From: Lama guanicoe
Lineage: Eukaryota
Assembly (NCBI GenBank): GCA_013239625.1
Contig: MU054032.1
Coordinates: forward strand, 434,001 to 498,000
Direction of reading: 5' to 3'
DNA length: 64,000 nucleotides
In this document: positions 13,050 to 25,300 of the stretch, piece by piece
Numbering within the stretch: the first letter of the stretch is position 1
Layout: each line of letters starts with the position of its first letter
Notes under the pieces: generated by a model
Database searches by the model: none
What the model saw: the letters and a program-made list of their open reading frames with translations, nothing else
What the model was told of the DNA's origin: nothing
Translations under genes and position numbers: made by a program

Positions 13050-13700
13050 CTTTCAATTGCAAATAGCAAAAAATCTGACTAACACTGGCTAAGCAATAAA
13101 GAGGATTTATTGGCTTATGTAATTGAAAAGTCTACAGGTAGGGTGGGTTTTCAGTTCATTTTGTTGTTGTTGTTTTTGTTCGGTTTTTGGTTTGTTTGTT
13201 TTCTTAACAGAGTTACTGGAAATAGAACCCAGGACCTCATGCATGCTGAGCAGGTGCTCTATCACTGAGCTGTATCCCTCCCCTCTTCAGTTTATTTTGA
13301 TCAAGAATTTCATGACATAAAGGGACCTGTTCTCTAATTCACTTGCCACTGTCCGTGTGTTAGCTTCTTTCTTGTGTCCCCTCCTGGGGCCAGATATGGC
13401 TTAGCTGCACAGCTGTTGCATCTTTATACCACAATAGGAAGAGCGAGCTTTTCTTGACCATTGCAGTCAATTCCTGGACTTCACTCTGACCAGACTTACA
13501 AGAATACCCATCCATCCTTGAACTAATCACCATGCCCAGGGAAATTGCCTGATTGTGTTAGGTCTGGGTTATTGCCTTTCCCGTGGTGGGGACGATGGTG
13601 TTGCTCTGATTCACTTGGGTCACCCAGGGTGTTTCCCTGCCAGTGGAACTGGATTGGAGTCCATCCAGGTGGGGAGGAGAGGAAAGGAAACCAGCAGTGT
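13050..13700. mobile_element. MaLR LTR (MLT1-like) interrupted by a SINE
   Basis: caattgcaaatagc...aacactggctaagcaataaagaggatttattggcttatgtaattgaaaagtc resembles MLT1J/K. Boundaries are approximate. Confidence 0.55.
13157..13283 (-). mobile_element. tRNA-derived SINE (Vic-1-like)
   Basis: gaacccaggacctcatgcatgctgagcaggtgctctatcactgagctgtatccctcccc, with TTCAGTT-like flanks on both sides. Confidence 0.85.
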
Positions 13701-14287
13701 CCACCCCAGTGAGGAACTATGATACTAGTTATTGAATTACCTACAGTGTACATTGAAGACTCCAGGGTGACAGCAGTATCCAGGGTGCCACACCCTTCTG
13801 TAAATACTGAGTGTGTGTGCATTTAGGGAGTGATAGCAGTGGGAAAAGGTAGAGACAGTATATCAGATTGGCATCATCCCCAAAGAAGCTGAGATTTTCA
13901 CTGCTCTGAGAATAAGGTTGGGGAAGCAGTATTGGGGCACAAGGAGAATGCACAGCTCACCTCCCAGTATCAGTATATGGGGTTCAGGAGAAAGGACGTT
14001 CTCCCCTAGAGGGTGCTTCCAGGATTGAGCTTTCTTGGGAGGTGAGCCAGGTTTCAGGGGAGGCCACAGTGAGATTTGTACAAATAAAGATAAAGAATTA
14101 TAAGGGATATAGTGAGTGGGAAGTGTTATGTGGAACTAGGTTTGCAGAGAGCACAGTGAAAAGGTTTGAAGGAGCCCTTCAGCTGCTCTCTTACTTCTCT
14201 GTTCTTTATACCTTTCTTATGTTCAGGTGTGTTACAGTTACTCTGCTTGCCTGATTACCCTACTCCTACACAGGTTTTTAGTTCTTT

Positions 14288-15615
14288 TTTGAAAATTGAG
14301 GTATAATTGACATTTAACATTGTATTAGTTTCAGGTGTACAACATAGTGATTGGTATTGTATACGTTGCAAAACGATCCTCACAGTAATCTAGTTAACCT
14401 CTGTCACCATACAGTTACAAAAAGTTTGTGTGATGAGAACTTGTAAGATCTACTCTCTTAACAACTTAAAAATAATGCAATACAGTGTAATTAATTATAG
14501 TCACTGTGCTGTGCATTACATCCCTAGGAATTATTTATTTTATAACTGGAAATTTGTACCTTTTGACCCTCCACCCATTTCATCCACCCTCCATCCCCTG
14601 CCTCTGGCAGCCACCAGTCTGTGCTCTGTATCTATGAGCTTGGTTTTGTTGTCATGTTTTTTAGATTTCACATGAGTGAGACCGTATAGTATTTGTTTTT
14701 CTCTGTCTGACTTATTTCATTTACCATAATGCCCTCAAGTTCCATCCTGTCACAAATGGCAAGATTTCCTTACTTATTATGGCTGAATAATATTTCATTG
14801 TATATAATATATATCACATCTTCTTTATCCATTCACCCATCAATGGACCTTTAGATTGTTTCCGTATCTTGGCTATTGCAAATAATGCTGCAGTGAAATA
14901 GGGGTATATGTATCTTTTCTAATTAGTGTTTTTGTTTTCTTCAGAAAAATACCCAGAAGTGGAATTGCTGGATCGTATGGTAGTTCTACTTTTTATTTCT
15001 TGAGGAGCCTCCACACTGTTTTACATAGTGGCTGCACCAATTTACATTCCCACCAACAGTGCACAAGGGTTGCTTTCTCTCCACATCCTTGCCAACTCTT
15101 GTTGTTTCTTGTCTTTTTTATAATAGTCGTTCTAACAGGTGTAAGGTGTTATCTCATTGTGGTTTTGATTTGTATTTCCCTGATGATTAGTGACGTTGAG
15201 CACCTTTTCATGTACTTATTGGCCATCTGTATGTCTTCTTTGGAAAAATGTCTATTCAGATCTTCTGCCCATTTTTGTTTGTTTGTTTTATGAGGTGGAG
15301 GGAATTAGGTTTATTTATTTATATTTGGAGCAGGCACTGGGGATTGAACCCAGGCTCTCGTGCATGCTAAGCATGCACTCTACCTCTTGAGCTATACCCT
15401 CCCCATCTTCTGCCCATTTTTAAATTGGATTGTTTGCTGTTGAGTTGTATGAGTTCTTTGTATGTTTTTGATATTAATCCCTTATCAGATAAATGATTTG
15501 CAAATATTTTCTCCCACTCAGCAGGTTATTTCTTTTGCTGTACAGAAGGTTTTTAGGTTGATGTAGTCTTGTTTATTTTTGCTTTCGTTGCCTTTGCTTT
15601 TTGTGTTAGATTGGA
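14288..15615 (-). mobile_element. 5'-truncated older L1 (L1MA-like) carrying a nested SINE
   Basis: Reverse L1 3' UTR and ORF2 end. TSD TTTTAGTTCTTT at 14276-14287 and 15616-15627. Confidence 0.9.
15276..15404 (-). mobile_element. tRNA-derived SINE (Vic-1-like) inserted in L1
   Basis: Perfect TSD ATCTTCTGCCCATTTT at 15260-15275 and 15405-15420. Confidence 0.92.
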
Positions 15616-16090
15616 TTTTAGTTCTTTAGGGCAGTCTTACCTTTACATTTCAGTAGTACCTTCCTAGTGCAACACTCCACAAATGTTATCTGGATTCCAG
15701 CCCAAGATTAGAAAAGAAAATTGACAGGTGGGGGGATTGCTGCTAGAGAGAAGGCTTACTGATTTCACAAAGAAATGACAGTTGGTAATCTAACAGTGAG
15801 AGAAGAGACAAGAAAACCTATAAAAGTAGACAAAATTTTGCCCATCAGCTGGCATGTTTTTATAATATCCAGGAGACAATATAGGAAAACACATTTTTGT
15901 GTAATGCTAGTGGGAGTACAGAAAATTCGTATAATTTCTTTACAATGCAGTTTGGAAGAATTTATTAAAAATTGTTACTGTACAGAAATTGACCCACCAA
16001 TTCTATGTATGCTAAGGAAATCCTTTTAGTGTGTATAAATATTTTTATGTTCCCACAGTGAATAGCACAGTGAGAACTACCTTCATTTCT

Positions 16091-16236
16091 TTGTTTTGTT
16101 TTGTTGGGGGGGAGGTAGTTAGGTTTATTTATTTATTTATTTTTATTGTTTTATTTAACTGGAGGTACTGGAGATCGAACTCATGACCTTGTGCATGCTA
16201 AGCATGCACTCTACCACTCAGCTGTACCTCCCCCTG
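16091..16236 (-). mobile_element. tRNA-derived SINE (Vic-1-like)
   Basis: TSD TACCTTCATTTCT at 16078-16090 and 16237-16249. Confidence 0.9.
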
Positions 16237-16439
16237 TACCTTCATTTCTGACAATAATCAGTTAAACTATCGTGCAGTCATTCTATGGAATTGTACACAT
16301 TATCACCATTATAAATTATATTTTCAAAAAACAATGAAGTATAAAAATTCTTATTATGTGTTAAGTGAAAAAAGCAGGTTATAATATGACCCTAATTTAT
16401 AAAATACATATTCCTATAATCATGTTAGCTTTTGCTCAT

Positions 16440-16790
16440 TGTGTTAGTGACTTCAAGGCCTTAAAGAAAGCTGCTACAGCTCCAGGCATCACATCTTCTC
16501 ACTAATGACTCAAGTGGTAAAAGAAGGGGGCAACCAGGGTTTTCTTCTGTTGACGCTCCATCCCCAGATGACTTCCTCTTACATCTTACTGACCAGAGCT
16601 GGGTCACAGAGCCATTCTGAGTTGCAGCGGAGGCTGGGGAAGTGAGTTTCCAAAAAAGAGGATTGTGATTAATCCCTTGGGGCTGGCACACTACCACCAG
16701 GAATGTTCTAGGGTTCTGTATGTAGGGAAGAGGGGCAAATGGCCGTTGGGTAGACATCTGTTGCCACGCCCAGTTAACTGCAACACATTG
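16440..16790. mobile_element. MaLR LTR (MLT1J-like) fragment
   Basis: gctgctacagctccaggcatcacatc...gacttcctcttacatcttactgaccagagctgggtcac...ggaggctggggaagtgag. Confidence 0.55.
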
Positions 16791-18079
16791 TTTGGGCCAA
16801 TAGTCACATTCCAGGAAGGCAGTATTTGCAAACATCAGTGACAGTGTATCCATGTGCAGTTAACTCTGCCTTTCTCTGGAAGAAGTAGGCATCATGTGTC
16901 AGTGTCAGAGGTCAGCTGTTTTGAGACATGCATTAATGTTTAATTCCTATGATTAATGACCCTTAATTTGCCTCATCTTTGTATGTATAAGCACAACAAT
17001 GTACTGAATTGTGTCTTGCCTTATATTTAATATGTAGATCAATACCTCTTCCCTTATGTATCCTGAATTTGAAAAGGTTGCAAAAGAGTAGGGACCTTTT
17101 TGGGATGGGAGAATTTGTGCCATGTCCTTTAGCTTTCTGGAAATGTAATTACTTGGAAGTGATGAATTAGGTCAAGAGTGCTTCTTAAAATCACACATTG
17201 CAAGATCCCTGGTTGTATTATCTGAGGCCAGCTAGAACAGCAGGCCTTGGGCCACGTGCCCAGTGTTGAATAATAAGATGAGAGACCTTAGAAATATGAG
17301 CTCCTCTGCCGTGTGTTTTGGGGTTTTCAGCCCTTAATTCTGTGGGTCTGGGGAAGGGCAACAGAAACTTCTTGCTCATGGCCAAGGCCCTTAAGTTGAT
17401 GAGGAGCAAATAGGGCAAAAGAACTAGCAGTGAGTATGAAGGAATTACTGGTGGGAAAAAAGGAGCTCAGTTAGTTGATGGCATAGAGTTTAAATTCAGC
17501 TTTTGCTAATTGGGTAGATTTGACAACTCCTTGTGGAGCTGAGTTTAGTTCTTTCCCTTGAGCCTCTCCTTTCCTCCCAGTGGACAGCAGCCTGTTTATA
17601 TTCTTCCAGAGAAGACGATAAAGCCCCCCAAGGCAGTTACAAAATCTCCAAGTTCCTATTCCAGGGACCTGGTTTTCAGGAATTCACTCCTCCTTTCACG
17701 TGGCAGTTAGAAGGGAGGAGGCACAGCTTCTATACTTGCATTCCAGGAAGGGTCCCAAAAGGAGCAGGGTTCAGGGTGAGAGATCTGAATGGGTATAAAT
17801 ATTTCTCATGTAGCTGCCCATCAGGTGGGCCCAGAGCTTCCAAGTTCACCAGGGCTAGGAATCCTTTCCCTGGGAAGCCCACAGGATGATAATGGTCAGC
17901 AGACAGGTGGATGGGTAAGACTTTGTCACGGTGACCGGGAATGAATCTCACCAGAAACAAAACAGTAGCTAATTCACATAGGTCCCTTGACCACCCTCAA
18001 CGGAACCAACAGTCTTGGGGGCAAATACAGGGGGTTCCGACCACTATCGAAACTGACACAGTCCCAGCTGCATGGCGCT

Positions 18080-18377
18080 CATCCGCCTGCACCTGCCTCA
18101 CTGCTTTCCCCTCTCACGGGGCAACAAGTCAGTGAAGAAGCTGCACCGCAGGCTGGCTCTAAACGATCCCGGAGAAGCTCCGGTGGAACCAGAGGTTGTG
18201 ATCCACCAAGTTAGAGTTATTCTAAGGAGCCAGAATGTAAAATCTTTGGAGAAGGTACGTGCTGACTTGATAGGAAAGGAATCTCAAAGGGAAAGGACCA
18301 GTTTGGATGCCTACCAAGACTCTGAGAGTAATTACAAGGACAACTTGTGGTGAAGGTTCTAAGACGTGGGATCGTTT
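18080..18377 (+). pseudogene. RPS20: Processed pseudogene of ribosomal protein S20 (uS10), 3'-truncated
   Basis: Intronless. From 18153 it reads [40 protein letters not shown], against RPS20 [40 protein letters not shown] (ATG changed to CTG). A frameshifting deletion follows, then [28 protein letters not shown]. 5' UTR-like sequence lies upstream. Confidence 0.9.
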
Positions 18378-18544
18378 GCTTAAATCAGCCTTTTTAATAA
18401 TCTGATCATCTAGTTGTTAAAAATATAAACAAACTGACATTTGTGAATTGAATAAAGGCTTTTGACACTTGGAATAAATATCTGATGGGTAGGCTGGAGT
18501 CCCTGTTCTTAAGGAAAAGAGCCACAGCTGATTTGAGTATAACG

Positions 18545-18550
18545 TTTAAT
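18545..18550 (-). terminator. Probable ESYT1 polyadenylation signal ATTAAA
   Basis: tttaat on the + strand, about 790 nt downstream of the ESYT1 stop. Confidence 0.6.
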
Positions 18551-19333
18551 GTAAGATAACAGTGGATTGGCAGAGTTGGTACAAAGCTAAGAGATTCGGT
18601 TCTAGTCAGTGAGTTAATAGCCTAGGCACCTGGATAAAAATTGGCCCTGCTGTCCTGAGTCCTCCAAAGCCCTCTGCACAGCACCAGCTAGAGGCGCCAA
18701 GACTGATACTGGCTACCTGAAGGCGTGGATGGAATCCAGGTGTTCCCAATTCCCAGAGTGAATCAAGAGACTGGCTGGCCCCAGTCAACATAGCAGGTGT
18801 AATTTTCAGGACAGGATTGAGGAGAGTAGGTACAGAACTGGACACAGGGTCTAGGTTGCTGTACATTTGCCACATACAGTCATCCAAGAGGCTCTCAGCT
18901 TGAGTGGTTAGCCTTTCCACCCTCCCTGACTGCTTATGGTAGGGAAGAAGGTGACTGTCCAATTTAAGAAAAAAGAACTTTCCAAAAGCTATATGTGGCA
19001 TAAGCTAATGCCACTGCTAGTGCTGCCAGTGGCCAGGCACAGACACAAGGCCCTGAGGAGCTGGGAGAAAAGGAGAAGGATGTGCAGGCAGAGCAGGAGA
19101 CAGCCAGCTCAGGTCCCTGTCCTAGGACCCCAGAAGGATAAAGGCCGTGCAGCAAAGGGTAACGTACGGTCCTCTTTGGTCAGGCAAAGGCCCGAGCATG
19201 GGCCTGGAGGTGAGAGGGCTGGGAGGCGCAGGCTCTGCCCGCTGGCCCCAGGCTTTAGGCACATCACATTGAGGTGGTGATGCAGCAAGAGACGAGGCAA
19301 GGAGACAGCAGTCAGGCTGGGAATCCCCGGGTC

Positions 19334-22300
19334 CTAGGAGCTGCCCTTGTCATCCATGAGGTCATACCTGCAGGAACAAGCAGAGGCAGCTCGGGTAGAA
19401 AGATGACTTTTGTGTCCTCTTATAAATGAGACAGGATCTGGGGCTCTTGTACTTCAGAAGATCATGGTTCTCAGCTCAGATTACATCCTTTTCTCCCCCT
19501 GTGACTGGGATGTCTCCTCAAAGATCCAGGCCCATCCCCAGCTCACCAGATACTCACCACTGGGCTGCACCCTGGGAGAGGTCTATCTCAGCAAGGTCCA
19601 ACTGCACCTGTGTTGGAGGATAGTTGGGGTGAGATGTTACTTTTGATACATCCAAAGACCATCCTCACATACTCCTGGTCCCAAATCAGTGGCGAGGTAA
19701 CTGGGTCACTGGTAGAGTAGTGTCACCAGGGCGATTCCTCCCAATAAGGACTGCAAGCCTTGGCACTGGCAGCCTCTAACACTCCTCTTCACCCTGCTCA
19801 CCCCTGCCCTCTTACCTTCCCCAGCAGCTCACGTTCTCGTGACATGAAGGAGGAACTAGACTTCACAGAGACATCCAGCTTTCGCCGGAGAGCCTCATCC
19901 AGGGACAGCTCCCACTCAAACCTGGGGAGGGACTGGGTGTCAGGGGCAGGGTCCTTCCCGAGCCTGCTGTCTCCCCACCTGAATGCCCACTGACTTACCG
20001 CTCATTGAATTCAGGATTTAGGGTCCTCTTCTTCTGTGAGGTCTTCCTCTTGGTGCCCCGGTTCTTGTCTGGCAGTAGCAACAGTGACACATAGGGGTCA
20101 GGAGGGTCCCGTCCATTTTGTCGAAGGGCCCTGGAACAGGAGGAAGGCGGTGATGAGGGAGCCTCGGGGGAGGGATGGGGAGAAACGAGTCTGGGACAGA
20201 TAGAGTCTCACCGGCACCCATGAACGATGCTGACCAGCTTTCGTTCTTCACTGTAGTACCAAACCGTCAGTCTCACCTGGCCCAGAGGCCCGGCTGGAGC
20301 CTCAAGGGGACTGTGGAGAGATGGAGATGGGCCTGGGAGAGGTGGTGCCTCGGGAGCCTGTAACTTATCCTTTAGTTCCTTGACCGTCCCATCTTTCTGT
20401 CCCAGAGCTTTACCTGTCACCGTGCGTTAGGCGTTGCCGGAGCTCTGGGGCTGAGGAGGTAATGTGTGGGAGTCCCTTCCCGAGCTCTAGTTCTTCACTC
20501 AGAGAGGAGGAGCTGTGGCTGTAGCTGTGGCTGTGAGCTTCCACCCCCGAGTGCTGGGACACCAGGATCTAGGCGGGCAAGAATGCCGTGAGCTGCACAG
20601 TGTCCTGCTCCCCCCGGGCTAGGAGGACATGGCCCTCTGCTCCTGCCCTCCCTCCCCCTGCCCACATGTCCTGGCGCTCACCCCCAGCTGTGCTCTCAGT
20701 AGCACTTGCCCTTGACCATTGCTGAGTGTAAACCAGTGGTCCAGGCAGAGCCGGTCAGCCACGAGGAGCTCGGAGAGGGGCAGGGATAACGAACCCAGTG
20801 TGCCAGTCCCCTCGCCCCGAACCTGCGGAGCAACAGGACTGTGATCAAGAGAGAAGTGATTCAGGGGGAAGATATAGCTCAAGTGGTAGAGCACATGCTT
20901 AGCATTGCAGGAGGTTCTGGGTTCAATCCCTAGTACCTACTCTAAAAATATATAAATCTAATTACCACCCCCCACCAAAAAAAAGCAAAAGAAAAAAAAT
21001 CACGTTAAAAAAAAAAGAGAAGTGATTTAGTTCTGGCATCCCAGGTCCAAACGCTTGGAGGCTTGGGTGGTTGTGAGAGACGCCCATTCTGGTCCCACTT
21101 CCCTACTTTCCTGTCTTAACCAGAGCAGGCTGTGCTATTTGCTTCCTAAGCTTTCACAGATGATGCCAGCAATACCTGCACAGGGCGGAGGACAGTAAAA
21201 ACGGAATTAAATGTTTCTGCCCATCCTACCCCCACGTCCATACTCCAGATGTAATGACCTTTAAGCCCTTCCTGCTTCTTCGTTCTAACAGTTCTAACTA
21301 ATCTGCCTACATCTCTATTCCATAATTTGCTGACTTTAGTACATACTGATGCCCTGCTATGCAAGATGATGAATTTTAACACTCGGCAACATTTGACCAC
21401 TTCCTGTCTCTTGAAACACACTTCTTTTGGCTTCTGTAACCCACTCTCTGCTGGTGAGCATCCTACCGCCATGGCCCTCTGAAGGGCTCTTCTTCCCCCA
21501 TCTGTCCTTTCATTGTTTCATTGTCCATCCTTTTGTCCTCTTTTCACTCTACACACGCCCTGAGGGATCTTGCTCACCCTCATGACTACAGTTGCTCCCT
21601 GCTGCTTGCTCACGATGCTCAAACAAGAGGGAGAGGGAAGAATATTGTGATGGGCCATAGATCTACCATCGAGATGGCTGTCTCCCCTTGGATGGCCCTC
21701 AAGAGATCTCAGATGCTAACTCCTGCCCTGTGCATTCCCTCTGTCGGCAGCAGTACCTTTATCTGTCCAGCCACCCCACCCATGCTAAACCTGGGAGTTA
21801 GCACCTAGGCTGTTCCTTCTGCCTTCTCCCCTTCCATGTCAAAATAACCACTAAATACATCTGGCCTTTGTCAATTCTTGCTTCAGGTAAATCTAATAGT
21901 CTCTTAACTCATCTGCCTGCCTCCAGTGTTGCCTTCCTCTAGTCCATCTTTCACCCTGGTGTCAGCAAGATCTTTCTAAAATGAACATCTGGATATGCCA
22001 CCCTCCATTCCTTTCAGTGTTCCCTATGCCTTTAGGGTAGAATCCAAATTCTTAGCATGTTTTTTAAGAGCTCCTGTGAGCTCACTTCTGCCTGCCTCTC
22101 TAATCTATAATTTGCCTTCTTTCTCCTCCATTTCCTTCTCAGCCTGAAGAGTTTTCCTGTCAGGGCCTATCTACCTTTAAGCTAAGGATGTCTTTCTTAG
22201 CACCCACCTCACCTTTTCCCTAGTCTGAGCTAGAACCTCTCCTTTTTTCCTCACGTTGCCTTTTACCTGAGTGGTTATTATCTGTCTGGAAGAATTCTCT

Positions 22301-25300
22301 GGTCATTTTTCTCCCAAGAGAGTGTGAGTTCCAAAAAGATAAGAACTATACTTTTTATCTCTGAATGCCCTGTGCCTGCTTCAGTGCCTGACCCATGGCA
22401 GCAATCTGCAAAATGTTTGCAGAATGAAGTTACAGTACCTGCAACTCCAGGCTCTCAGTGTTTGGTTTCCTGATGAGAAAGGAGGCACTCTCATCCCAGA
22501 TAGGGGCTGACGTTTGGGAAACAGTCTGGTGGAGATGGGGGGTGATGATCAGTGGTTGACACTCTCTACTCCTCTCGTCCCTCCCATCCCTAGTCCTGCA
22601 GCATTTCCTAATACCTTAGTTTTATGGGAAGTATCTCCTACAGCAAGAGTAGCATAAGGGCTGGGAGGCTTGGTACCTTTCCGGAGCTGGAAAGAGAATA
22701 TTAGTCTTAAATTTGGACCAGTGGATCCCCACCTCCCCTCACAAACTACATCCACAGCCAGTGGCCTATGTCCCCATTATCACTTGACAGCCACCACCCT
22801 CCTGTTCTTGGACAGACAATTCTTCCCACCTGGGAGAGAGGAATTTGGAATTTACTATTCCAAATACACCAGGAGCATCCAAACCTGAGGGAGGTAGAGG
22901 GGCCAGAGAGCTATGGGGTGTGGGGAGCAGATCTCACCGGCAGGTCCTCAGCCCGCTCCAGGTAGACAGACAGCAGGGCTGCTGCCAGTTCTGCACTCTT
23001 CTGAGTCTGGATCAAACTGTTCACCTGCAGCACCTGGGGGAGGACACACAGGGGCTGGGGAGTGGTCACTGACACCCTGGGGCCTGGCATATGCCTTGAA
23101 AGCTGATGGAAGAGTTTACCTTGACCCATCTGTGGTCCCTTCCTTCCTCCAGCATCTTTCCTTACCTCCTCTAACTCAGCAGCAGTGGGACGAGGGGTCA
23201 GACGCTCCAGACGCAAATGTAGGCGGCCAGATGGGACATCCTCCAAGGTCAGCCACTGTGGAATTAGGTAGGGTTAAGACTTGGGGGTGCGGAGACAGGG
23301 ACTATGAGAATGAGATGTGTCAAGTTCAGGAGGGATGGTTGATTCTAATTCCATACTCACTTCATCAAGGAAGCCACTGTTTAGGACTGTGGTAAGACTC
23401 ACTTTACACCTGTAAAGGAGAAAGATTCAAGTCTATGGTCAAAGCCAGTCTCTTGTCTCCAGGAGGCCAAACTTCCATGGCCTACAGAGGCCCAGCCCAT
23501 GTTCCCCCCAGCCTCCTACCCTCTCACCTGCCCAGAAAGTCATCCTTGTCCAGGTCCTTGTCGAAAACCTCAACCTCTAGCTCTTGGCCTGGAATTGATG
23601 TGACGATCACCTAGTGGGAGAAAACAGTGGGGATGTAAGGGAATCCTTTCCTTTTCTTCTCCAAATGACGAGACCACACCCCCACCCCTGCCCATCAGCT
23701 GACTGCAGAGGTTTTCTGGACCACTGTCAGAACTGGGGGAAGAAGGGGGCAGGGCTGGGAGGAGTCCTAGCCACTCAGTTCTGACCTCAAAGACCTCATT
23801 CCAGTGGGGGTTGAGATCTTCCCGAACAACACGACTCCGGAAGCTTCGTCCTGCCAGCTTTAGTTTGACATAAGGGTCTGACTTGCCCTTCACCAATCCT
23901 CCCAAGAAACGGTCTTTGGCAATCAGGTCCTGGGCCTCTAATACATGAATCCGAAGCACATTCTGCAAAAGGGACAGATGGGGGCATCAGATGTCAAAGG
24001 GAGGAACCTGTCAGACCCAGCCCTGAAATAGGCTTTGCACATACAGAGTTCTAGTTCCTTCCAGATAGTGACTCACCTCTGTCCCAAAATTACTGTCAGG
24101 AGTAGTTTGATAGGGTCGAGGTGGGGCATCCACACTGCTGCCTGTCTGGGGGTCCTCACTGTCCAGGTCCCAAGCCCCAGGAGTACCAGGCACAGCAGGG
24201 AAGCGCACTTCGGATGAATCCAAGTACAGGAGCTGGGAAGGGGAGTGACTGTGATTGTCGAGTCAAAGCAGTGCATTTAGGCTCAGGCAGGCAAGGTGTC
24301 GGGGGCTAGGGGACAGAGGGGGGGCTCTGCCTGGGTAAACAGGTCCCTGCCTGGGCTGTGCATATCTCTAGAGGGTTCCCTACTCACTCACTCTACTCAA
24401 CCATCTCTTCCTCCAGTGAGATCAACATTTTTTGTGTTCCTGCTAGATGCTTCCACATACACTAGCTCATTTAATCTTAGGGGATGCCCTTTCCCTACTC
24501 TTAATACCAAGGAATCCACAAGGCCCTTCCCTACCCACAGCACTTTCCCCATCTCCATACCCTCATCACCAGTTTCATGTAGAGCCGGGAGTTTGGGCCA
24601 GAGCTGCTGAGCTGGAACCACTGGTCCAGAGTGAGCTCAGGAGCAGTCAGCAGACGAGGCAGAGGCAGGGTCAGTGCCCCTAAAGTCAGGGCCCTGGAGT
24701 CATCCTTCACCTATAGGCCCAGGAGAAGGGGATGGAGTAAGAGATTAGGGAAGAGGGAGGCGGACTCAAAAAACAATAACATGGCTGCAGCTTTATTCCC
24801 TCTGTGCCAAAGACAAAACTTTTGCTCCTTTTACAGTCCTCTGCCCACTCCATGGTCCCTCCTTTGCTCTTTGTGGTCCCATTACCTGGAAAGTTCTCAT
24901 TCTGCTCCTCTCTGCCTATTTAAACCCTACTGATACTTCAAGGCCCACTGAAAATCCTGCTTCCTTCACAAAATCTACTTTCTCCACCCTCTGTACCTTT
25001 CTCTGGCCATCCTTAGCACCATACTATGGGTATTTCACACCCACTGGTTAATGTTGAATCATACTTAGATGATTTTATATATGTTTGTGTCTATGAAACT
25101 AGCCAGTAAGCTTCATGAAGGCAGATACCATGTTTCATGCTCTATGACCTTAAGAGTGCTAGGTGTCTGCAGGTGCTCATTATGTTCTTCTCTTTTAAAA
25201 AATAATTGTATTGAGCTATAATTTACATACTACAAAAATCACTATTTTCAGTGTGAAATTCTCAATTATCATAATGATTCTAGAGAGAAGGGTGAGGAAC

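Noticed and set aside
17533..18070. Several overlapping ORFs of 64-118 aa upstream of the RPS20 pseudogene
   Set aside because: I could not recognise any protein family or coherent splice structure. BLASTX would settle it.
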